Source of the DNA: Methanobacteriota archaeon
GTDB lineage: Archaea; Thermoplasmatota; Thermoplasmata; RBG-16-68-12; JAFNFQ01
Assembly (NCBI GenBank): GCA_017885655.1
Contig: JAFNFQ010000047.1
Location: 8,722-28,721 of the forward strand
Direction: 5' to 3'
Length of the DNA: 20,000 nucleotides
The notes under the pieces are model-generated. The model was not told the DNA's origin, ran no database searches, and saw only the letters and a program-made list of their open reading frames with translations. The first letter of the stretch is position 1. Every line of letters starts with the position of its first letter. Position numbers and translations under genes: made by a program. Shown here one piece after another: positions 8,417-15,524 of this stretch.

Positions 8417-8601
8417 GGTACGACGGTCAAAGCGGCGGTGATACACCCGGTCTCTTTCCGAACCCGGAAGTTAAGCCCGTCCACGTTCTCTGCTGTACTG
8501 TGGTGCGCGAGCACACGGGAAGCCTATCCCCGTAAGGGGCCTCCGGCAAGCGACCTAGGTACGCTAGCCGCCTACCCTTGTGGTAGGTGACGAAACGTAC
8601 C
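8417..8601 (+). rRNA. rrf: 5S ribosomal RNA with an apparent 3'-side insertion (3' boundary inferred)
   Basis: GGTACGACGGTCAAAGCGGCGGTGATACACCCGGTCTCTTTCCGAACCCGGAAGTTAAGCCCGTCC...TGTACTGTGGTGCGCGAGCACACGGGAAG matches the archaeal (Thermoplasma-like) 5S core. The terminal helix candidate is GGTACG 8417-8422 / CGTACC 8596-8601. Confidence 0.8.
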
Positions 8602-8604
8602 GCT

Positions 8605-11600
8605 TTAACGGCCGTTTGTCGCTGGAACGCTGTCGGCCACTGCCTCGCTCTTCTTTCTTTTTCTGCTGAGGAACCTCTGGCCCGCGAAGATGAACATGGG
8701 TATCGCGATCGGGATGATCACGTCCTGGAATTCAGGGATGATCACGGTTGCCGACGCCTTGCTTTCCGCCAATTTATACCCACTCTGCGAAGTGTAGTTC
8801 AGGAACACCCAGTTCACCAGTATCGAGTTCTGTGCAGGGTTCTTGATCCGCACCGTGATCGTGAAGCTGTGCGCGCCCGGACCCACGTTCGCGAAAATCC
8901 AACGGTACGTCTGACCGCTCCACGAAGAAGGCGCGACGCTCGCTCCGAGATACGTCACGTCGGTCGGCAGCGTGTCGTTGATCCACACCCTCAGGGCGTT
9001 GGCGCTGCCCGTGTTGTTGAAATAGATCGTGTAGGTGACGATCGCACCCGGGACCGTCACAGATGGCGATGCAGTTTTCTCAACCTTGATTGTCGGCCTC
9101 CGGCACGTGAAGTTCGCCCACGAAACGCTGCGCTCCATCCATCTGCCAAGCTGATCCGTGTAGTTGCCGAAGGCCGTGTTCACTTGGAGGATGCTGTCCT
9201 GGGCATTTGCGTTCACCTGAGCGATAATCGTGAACGACCTTAGGGCTCCAGCAGGGACATTGGCGAATCTCCACCTGTAGGTGTTCCCGCTCGAGGAAAA
9301 CGGCGGGACGCTGCTGGAGTGGTAATTCACTCCGGCGGGGAGGGTATCGTTAATCCAAACCACCCTCGACACTGCATCGCCCGTGTTGTTGTAGTAGACG
9401 GTGTATTGGACGTAGTCGCCCGGACCAGCGATCAACACATTCAGCGTCTTCACGACCCTGATGATTGGGCGATATCTGTCGTTGGGCCCACCTCTGGTCG
9501 GAATGCGGGACACATACCAATCTGAATTCGCATCCGTGTCGACTGGTTTGCCGTCGCTCGCCGCTTTGAATCGGGCCCAAGTCTGCGTCGTGCTGATCGA
9601 GGGATATGTAGTCGCATCGACGATCGTGTTGGCTGAATCCCTAAGGATAATGTCGCCGTTGGAACCTGGGAGGTCACCTGAGGGAACATTGACCGTGAGA
9701 TACTCGGCGCCGCTCAACCACGATCCGACAATCTCCGTCGTGAATGTGTAGATTGTGATGTACTTGTTCCCTTTGATGATCTGCAGTCTCCACCCACTGA
9801 GAGCGACCGGAGAGGATGTGGGGTTCGCGAGTTCCACCCACGCAGCTCCTTTTTGAGGATATATCTCGTTGATGACAACGTTGTCACCAGCAGGGGATCG
9901 CACGCCGTATCTCCCTCCCCTCGTGAGGAGAGGTGAGACTGAGTCGGTGTCGCGCAACCAGTCGGTCATGTAGACGATGACCCTGAAACCTGGCACGAGG
10001 CCGAACACGGTGGCATTCGCCGCCATCTCCAACCTGCCAGAGTCGATGGCAGCCGCGACATTTCCCATCCATTCGAACGGCACATTCGCGTTCGGGCGGT
10101 ACCTGAAAAGGCTCGCGTTGTTGAGCTGCCCCTGGCGTCCGTTAGCCACGAGCGCATAGTCGACACCATAGACCTGGCCTTCGATCTCCGTGTAGAGACC
10201 TGTCGCAGTGCTGTTGTCCGCGTCGACGTACGCAAATGCCGTGTCCATGCCGGTGGGGACGTTGTAGGAGAAAGGCCCCACGTATCGCGACACAATCCTC
10301 CCTGCGTAGGGAGCTGGGAAATAGCTAGGGATCGTCGCGTTGAGCCAGAAGTCCGAGCCTGCGGGATAATCGAGAACGCCGTCCGCGTCAACATCGCCAT
10401 TCGATTGACTGTCAGGGGTTCCGTCGTTGTTGAAGTCGTCCGGAAGAGAATCCATTGAGTCGGGCACCGTGTCCCCATCTGCATCCGTGAATTGCGCTGG
10501 AATCGGCCTTTCTCTGAGATTGGGTAGGTCCTCACCGCCAAGCATCCGACCCTGAACCTTCATGTAGAAAGCGAAATCGGCAGTGACATTCAGCCCGACC
10601 TCCGCGATGTCGACGTTCGTGTTGATCGATTCCAGGCCTCCGGAGGAGCGCACATCCCATAGTCCGTCCCTTTGAACCTTCGCCGCGTCCCAGTCCCCAA
10701 ACACCCCATCGATCGTCACCTTGGGCGCTTGGCGGTAGTAGGTCCCCGAGATAATCGAGTCCCTGAGATCCACGAGTGAGTTTGTGGATATGGCAGAGAC
10801 CTTCAGCGTCAGCGAGCTCGCATCCGGGGCGGTTGAGAGGTGCGCAACCACGAAGAGCGAGACGCTCTCCCCCTCTCTGATCGTCAGGTCGACTCCGAGA
10901 CTGCCGATCCCAGAGATGAACGAGGATGTGTTGAGCAGCGTGTCAGCAGGCTCGTACGTCCCATCGTTGTCGTCAAGATGAAGGCTCAGCACCACGGACT
11001 GGTCGGGCATCGAACCCTGCTTGGTGACGTTGACGGCATGGATTGTGCTCGAACCTGCCTCGGCCCGCAGGCGCACATAGAGGAAAGCCTGATCGTCAAC
11101 CATCATGATGTCGCTCACGAGAGTCCTCTGGGTCACTGCGAGCGTGGAATATGCCACACATGCGACGTCATCCGCGATGTCGATCACTCCCGTGGTGTTC
11201 GCAGTCAGAACGATGATATGGGCCTCGCTTGGTTCGGCCAACGGCATCATGAACTCGAGCATGCCTCCTGAAGCCGCTGCCGAGATCGCATCTCTGTGCG
11301 AGAACGCAGAGAGATTGTTCTGACCCCCGCCAAGCCCCGGATTCCAGTCCGAGACTCTCGAACCCGCCATCTTCCCATCATAGCCGCTGATCAGAACTTC
11401 CATATCGGCACCTATGCCGCCTATCGAATATCCGGTGGACGGTCGCCCGTCCGCGTCCACCATGATCAGGACATAGTCAATGAGGTCCGGCGCGGCGGGA
11501 GCACTCGGTGTGTCGAACATGACTCCATCGACCTCGACATAGACGGCGAGCTGCCCATCCTGCGAGGAGACCTTCGTGGATACGAGATCCAGGTCAGAGC

Positions 11601-13272
11601 GGTAGGAGACATTGGCTCCCCTCGTGTCCCCGACCGGGTCGTCATGCGGCGGGATTCCTGCCCAGTCTGAGAAGCTGCCATCGACTGTCAGGACTGTCGT
11701 TTTGGGCCCGCTTGGGATCAGAGTCGCTATCACCGGTGCAAGGAGGAGAATCGCGATTATGGCAGCGACTACGCCTGCGGACCTGAACCAGCCTCGTTCC
11801 GCACGGTAGATCGGCTGGAACCTGCCGCGCCTTCCGTTGGTGAAGCCGTTTCCGTTCACAAGGCCGTTCACATGGCCTATGCCGTTGACGAGACCGTTCA
11901 CCCTTCCCAAGCCGTTGACCAGGCCGTTGGTCCTCCCGATACCGTTGACAAGGCCATTCGTCCTGCCGAGACCGTTGACTAGGCCGTTTGTCCGACCGAT
12001 GCCGTTGACTAGACCGTTGGTTCTCCCGATCCCGTTTACGAGACCGTTGACGCGCCCTTCCCTCGGCGTACCTTTTGCGCGGGGAACGCCGACCGTCCTC
12101 AGACCTTCGAGGGCTTTCCGCTCGCCCTCCATCTTCATGCGGCGGACGTCTTTGGCGCGCGCCCTCGATGTGTCAGCCTCCTCGTTCCTGCCAAGCCTCT
12201 GCAAGAGCTCCGCCCTCGTCTCCCACGCGACATCGAGCCTCGAATCCGATCGAAGGAGGCGCTCGTAGTAGCTGAGCGCTTTCTGGATCGCCGATATCTC
12301 CGCGGCAGGTTTCTCCGGCGGCGCCATCGCCGACCATCGTGGCGGTATCAAGGACGAGTCGGCCAAGGTCTCGGCCAGGTTCAGGACCTGCAGTCTGTAC
12401 TCCTCATCCCTGGCGGGATTGATCTTCGCTGCCCTCTCGAGGCATTGCGCCGCCTCCTTGGGCCGCCCGAGCTCGCGGAGAACGTGCGACTTCAGTACCC
12501 AAGCCCTTTCGAGCTTCGGGTCAACTTCCAGCAGTTCGTCGTAGTGTCTCAACTCCTCGCCGAGCTGGTCCTCTCTTGTCGGGGTCTTCTCGGCGACCCT
12601 CTGCCAGCGGGCGAGGAAGTCTTGGGAAACGCCTTTGCTTTCCTTGATCTCTGGGGCCTGGATTCCCCCAGGAACGATTTCCTCGGCGGATGAATAGCCG
12701 CAGATACCGCATCTCTCTGCCCCGGGAGCGAGGAAGGCTCCGCAATGGGGGCAGACCTTGACCTCCTCCTTCTCAACCTGTGTGACGACTTCCCTGGGGA
12801 GCTCCTCCTCCACCGCCTCAGCCCCTTCGATCACCTGATGGCATGTGGGACAACTTTCGGCATCCTTGGACAGGAATGCGCCGCAATTGGAGCAAATGTA
12901 GAGCTCGGGCTGCTCGGAGACCTCCTTGGCGGGTTCAGCCGCTGGAGCAGGCGCCGCTTCCTCTTCCTCTTCGAACTCTGTGCCGCATTGAGGGCAGGTC
13001 TTCGAGCCTGCGCTGGCGAATGCACCGCAGGATGGACAGATGAAGAATTCCGACTTCTTGGAATACCAACTGTCGCCTATGGAGAGGGACTCGGAGGCCT
13101 TCGCCCTCACCAAGGCGGCCTCCTCCAAGGAGAGCCCGCATGATTCCGCGATCGCCTCCGGAGTGGCATCGGCAAGGTCATCGATCCGAGGGTACCTTGC
13201 GCGGACTCTCGCCGCCTCCTCGCGGTCGAGGTCGCAGGTCGTTAGTAGCCACTCTTCGTACAGCTCATCCAT
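8605..13272 (-). CDS. giant membrane-anchored multidomain protein: N-terminal helix-hairpin-helix-like segment, three zinc ribbons, TPR-like repeats, Gly/Asn-rich decapeptide repeats, TM, outer domains with Ca-binding-like, lamin-tail-like and two DUF11-like segments, C-terminal TM
   Basis: 1555-aa ORF. Zinc ribbons CPSCGAF..CPQCG, CSNCGAF..CPTC and CPHCGAF..CGICG. TM-like AGVVAAIIAILLLAPVIATLI. DVDADGVLDYP-type Asp repeats. VVINEIYPQKGAAWVELANPTSSPVALSGW (lamin-tail-like). YTVYYNNTGDAVSRVVWINDTLPAGVNY and YTIYFNNTGSANALRVWINDTLPTDVTY (DUF11-like). C-terminal IPIAIPMFIFAGQRFLSRKRKK. Confidence 0.85.
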   Translation of the reverse strand: MDELYEEWLLTTCDLDREEAARVRARYPRIDDLADATPEAIAESCGLSLEEAALVRAKASESLSIGDSWYSKKSEFFICPSCGAFASAGSKTCPQCGTEFEEEEEAAPAPAAEPAKEVSEQPELYICSNCGAFLSKDAESCPTCHQVIEGAEAVEEELPREVVTQVEKEEVKVCPHCGAFLAPGAERCGICGYSSAEEIVPGGIQAPEIKESKGVSQDFLARWQRVAEKTPTREDQLGEELRHYDELLEVDPKLERAWVLKSHVLRELGRPKEAAQCLERAAKINPARDEEYRLQVLNLAETLADSSLIPPRWSAMAPPEKPAAEISAIQKALSYYERLLRSDSRLDVAWETRAELLQRLGRNEEADTSRARAKDVRRMKMEGERKALEGLRTVGVPRAKGTPREGRVNGLVNGIGRTNGLVNGIGRTNGLVNGLGRTNGLVNGIGRTNGLVNGLGRVNGLVNGIGHVNGLVNGNGFTNGRRGRFQPIYRAERGWFRSAGVVAAIIAILLLAPVIATLIPSGPKTTVLTVDGSFSDWAGIPPHDDPVGDTRGANVSYRSDLDLVSTKVSSQDGQLAVYVEVDGVMFDTPSAPAAPDLIDYVLIMVDADGRPSTGYSIGGIGADMEVLISGYDGKMAGSRVSDWNPGLGGGQNNLSAFSHRDAISAAASGGMLEFMMPLAEPSEAHIIVLTANTTGVIDIADDVACVAYSTLAVTQRTLVSDIMMVDDQAFLYVRLRAEAGSSTIHAVNVTKQGSMPDQSVVLSLHLDDNDGTYEPADTLLNTSSFISGIGSLGVDLTIREGESVSLFVVAHLSTAPDASSLTLKVSAISTNSLVDLRDSIISGTYYRQAPKVTIDGVFGDWDAAKVQRDGLWDVRSSGGLESINTNVDIAEVGLNVTADFAFYMKVQGRMLGGEDLPNLRERPIPAQFTDADGDTVPDSMDSLPDDFNNDGTPDSQSNGDVDADGVLDYPAGSDFWLNATIPSYFPAPYAGRIVSRYVGPFSYNVPTGMDTAFAYVDADNSTATGLYTEIEGQVYGVDYALVANGRQGQLNNASLFRYRPNANVPFEWMGNVAAAIDSGRLEMAANATVFGLVPGFRVIVYMTDWLRDTDSVSPLLTRGGRYGVRSPAGDNVVINEIYPQKGAAWVELANPTSSPVALSGWRLQIIKGNKYITIYTFTTEIVGSWLSGAEYLTVNVPSGDLPGSNGDIILRDSANTIVDATTYPSISTTQTWARFKAASDGKPVDTDANSDWYVSRIPTRGGPNDRYRPIIRVVKTLNVLIAGPGDYVQYTVYYNNTGDAVSRVVWINDTLPAGVNYHSSSVPPFSSSGNTYRWRFANVPAGALRSFTIIAQVNANAQDSILQVNTAFGNYTDQLGRWMERSVSWANFTCRRPTIKVEKTASPSVTVPGAIVTYTIYFNNTGSANALRVWINDTLPTDVTYLGASVAPSSWSGQTYRWIFANVGPGAHSFTITVRIKNPAQNSILVNWVFLNYTSQSGYKLAESKASATVIIPEFQDVIIPIAIPMFIFAGQRFLSRKRKKSEAVADSVPATNGR
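11839..12048 (-). repeat. in-frame tandem repeat, 30-bp unit, 7 copies, encoding NGLVNG(I/L)GRT
   Basis: The protein segment reads NGLVNGIGRT NGLVNGIGRT NGLVNGLGRT NGLVNGIGRT NGLVNGLGRV NGLVNGIGHV NGLVNGNGFT. The DNA shows CCGTTGACNAGRCCGTTNGTCC-like units every 30 bp. Confidence 0.95.
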
Positions 13273-13366
13273 CTGAGGATACGATTATCGCCGGTATTCA
13301 AGCCATGTGTGGAAGCGCATAGGGCAAATATGGAAGCGTATTTTACCTTGCTAGAACATTATATTG

Positions 13367-14059
13367 TCAATTCACAAGGGTACCGTAGGGATCCAGGGGG
13401 ATTGACAACACCCCTTTTCCCCTCCCTTTCCCGATCCTGAGCTGGAGCTCCGTTTCCGTCCGTCTGAGGACCTGCGGCGACTGCCTTTCGTCCTCGAGGC
13501 GCGTCAAAATCCGCTCGACATATGCCCTCGCCCTCAGATGCTGCTTTTCCTGCTTGTCCTTGAGCACATTGGTCGGATACAATCTCGTGAACCTTCCATC
13601 TATCGCGACCGTGACGAGACCGAGCTTCTCCAGTTCTGACGCGACCTTGCTGGCGGTCTGCCTGCTCGCGTTCATCGCCCCAGACAACTCGACCTTGGAG
13701 ATGCCTGGCGACTCTACGATACTCCTCAGGGCATCACGCCTTTTCGAGGTACGAAGGGTGATGAAAAGATCCGCATCCGCCGGGTCAACGAAGTCCTTGG
13801 GGTAGTAGACCTTTTCGTCATGGCGGTGAACCACATATCCTCCGGAGACGAGACTCCGCAGATGCCAGACGACCGAGCTGGACGACATCTTTAGGTCGCT
13901 CGCAATCTTGCCGCCTGTCGTGAAGGGTCTTAGACTGAGATATTCCAGAATCCGGCGCCTGTGAGCGTTGAGGAGCGGTGACGTGGCGGGAGCGGGAGAC
14001 GCCGCTGTCTCTTTCCCGTCAAGGGCGTCTTGCAGCGCCTTGCCAATCCCTTTGAGCAT
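13367..14059 (-). CDS. double winged-helix transcriptional regulator
   Basis: Two wHTH-like segments: RRRILEYLSLRPFTTGGKIASDLKMSSSSVVWHLRSLVSGGYVV and RRDALRSIVESPGISKVELSGAMNASRQTASKVASELEKLGLV. It starts immediately after the KaiC-like stop codon. Confidence 0.8.
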   Translation of the reverse strand: MLKGIGKALQDALDGKETAASPAPATSPLLNAHRRRILEYLSLRPFTTGGKIASDLKMSSSSVVWHLRSLVSGGYVVHRHDEKVYYPKDFVDPADADLFITLRTSKRRDALRSIVESPGISKVELSGAMNASRQTASKVASELEKLGLVTVAIDGRFTRLYPTNVLKDKQEKQHLRARAYVERILTRLEDERQSPQVLRRTETELQLRIGKGRGKGVLSIPLDPYGTLVN

Positions 14060-14060
14060 C

Positions 14061-14930
14061 CTATCCCTCTGAGTACTCCGCCAGAATGCTTTCTATGATG
14101 TGTTCAGCCTTCAGCGTCTTGAAATCCTCGTCGCTGAGACCCTCGAGAGCCTTCTGCACGCTCTCTTGGATCCCCTTGGGGAGAGGTTTCTTCTGCTGCA
14201 GCACAGCTCTAATCTGCGACGGTATCTTCGTTGTCAACTCGCGCTTGTAGGCGTTCGAGTCGACTATCAGCCCGAGGCCTTTCATGATCTTGTAAGGATG
14301 CGAGAGTTCGCTGTGCCTCGTCGAACGGGCCTTGATGATCTTCAGCAATCGTATCACACCTCCCTCTGCCGCCTTGTACTTGAGGTGTATGACACAATCC
14401 GCGAGGTACATCGGTATGATGGTCTCAGGGCCGGTCAGCTCGCCCGGGCCGTGCTCCTCGAGCGTGCACAGGACTGTTCCGACCCTGCGGGTCTCCTTCA
14501 ACATGAAACCTATGAGGTCCCTCTGCTCATACTGGTCCTTGGTCGACCAGAGCACAGGAGTGAGAGGGTCGACGGCAATCCTCGTGTTGGCGCCTTTCCA
14601 GTCCGCCACGAATGCGGGAAGCTCCTTGCGGATGAAGTTGCTGAACTCCCGCCCGGACGCGTCGATGAACACGAGCAGCCCGTCCTCGAGATAGTCCAGG
14701 ATGTCCGACCAGCCCATCTCGATGGCCTCGCGGATTATCTGCTCCTTGTTCTCGTCGAGGGAGACGAAGATGCCCTCCTGCCCTTCCTGGAGCCCGCGCC
14801 TGATGAACTGAGTCGCGCAGGTGGTCTTCCCGGCCCCGGACGAACCGATGACGACCGTCGTGCTGTTCTCGTTGAAGCCGCCGTCCAAGAGAGGATTGAG
14901 GCCGAAAATCCCACTTTTGATTTTGCGCAC
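14061..14930 (-). CDS. KaiC/RadA-like RecA-superfamily ATPase
   Basis: GTG start. Walker A VVIGSSGAGKTTCATQFI, followed by GIFVSLDENKEQIIREAIEMGWSD and TRIAVDPLTPVLW (Walker B region), typical of archaeal KaiC-domain proteins. Confidence 0.85.
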   Translation of the reverse strand: MRKIKSGIFGLNPLLDGGFNENSTTVVIGSSGAGKTTCATQFIRRGLQEGQEGIFVSLDENKEQIIREAIEMGWSDILDYLEDGLLVFIDASGREFSNFIRKELPAFVADWKGANTRIAVDPLTPVLWSTKDQYEQRDLIGFMLKETRRVGTVLCTLEEHGPGELTGPETIIPMYLADCVIHLKYKAAEGGVIRLLKIIKARSTRHSELSHPYKIMKGLGLIVDSNAYKRELTTKIPSQIRAVLQQKKPLPKGIQESVQKALEGLSDEDFKTLKAEHIIESILAEYSEG

Positions 14931-14950
14931 GGCTGAATTATCCGGCCCTC

Positions 14951-14960
14951 TCTATATATC
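14951..14960 (-). promoter_or_regulatory. TATA box for the KaiC-like/wHTH operon
   Basis: Minus strand GAAAAGTGATATATAGAGAG; the TATA centre is about 25 bp from the GTG start codon. Confidence 0.6.
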
Positions 14961-15061
14961 ACTTTTCCCGCGGGAATCTACTTCGCGACCAAGTCGAGTC
15001 GCGGCAAGATCCAGCAGAAGTTGGATGGAATGTGGCGGGGAAGAGAGGAAATCGCTCGCCA

Positions 15062-15406
15062 TCAGCTCTTGGACGCCGCTCCACTTCTGATGTATTCCCG
15101 GAGGCGCTCGATATCCTTCTCGCCGAGACCAACTCCGAGGATGCCGTCCAACTTGAAAACGGGCCGACCCGATTCGAAGACCGCCAACGTCGGGACGACG
15201 TCGATGGAGTAGATGTCCCACAGGGAATCGTCCATGTCATCGAGGAGCACCGCAGTGATTGACCATGGGAATTCATCCTGGTGTCGCTCCATTATCGGCC
15301 TGAACGCGCGGCAGAAAGGGCACCAGTTCGCGTCGAACAATACTATCACCGGATCCCTTGCGCGAAGAACCTCCATCTCGAATCTGTCTGGCGTGATCGT
15401 CCTCAT
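15062..15406 (-). CDS. thioredoxin-fold protein
   Basis: 114 aa with PVIVLFDANWCPFCRAFRPIMERHQ (CxxC) and VVPTLAVFESG (cis-Pro region). Confidence 0.88.
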   Translation of the reverse strand: MRTITPDRFEMEVLRARDPVIVLFDANWCPFCRAFRPIMERHQDEFPWSITAVLLDDMDDSLWDIYSIDVVPTLAVFESGRPVFKLDGILGVGLGEKDIERLREYIRSGAASKS

Positions 15407-15524
15407 CGTCGTCGAATGCAGTCATCACGCAACATGGTCATTAACCTGCTTCGACGCAGTATCACGCAAGGTTTTAGTGCATGTCGCGCATTCCCCGCCG
15501 CTCCTCAATTTTAGAAGGGATGGT

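Noticed and set aside
11839-12048. Possible CRISPR-like or mobile repeat array
   Set aside because: Units are contiguous with no spacers, stay in frame within a large CDS and encode a regular decapeptide, so this is a protein-coding tandem repeat.
8605-13272. Numerous short + and - ORFs overlapping the giant gene
   Set aside because: All are out-of-frame shadows of a continuous 1555-aa frame with recognisable domains.
14100-14936. Long + strand ORF (278 aa) antisense to the KaiC-like gene
   Set aside because: High-GC shadow ORF. The minus strand encodes a clear Walker A/B ATPase, and the + strand translation is Arg/Leu/Glu low-quality sequence with no recognisable domain.
15213-15524. N-terminal extension of the polC ORF
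   Set aside because: The translation SHRESSMSSRSTAVIDHGNSS... overlaps the thioredoxin gene in antisense and does not resemble DP2; the family start is at 15525.
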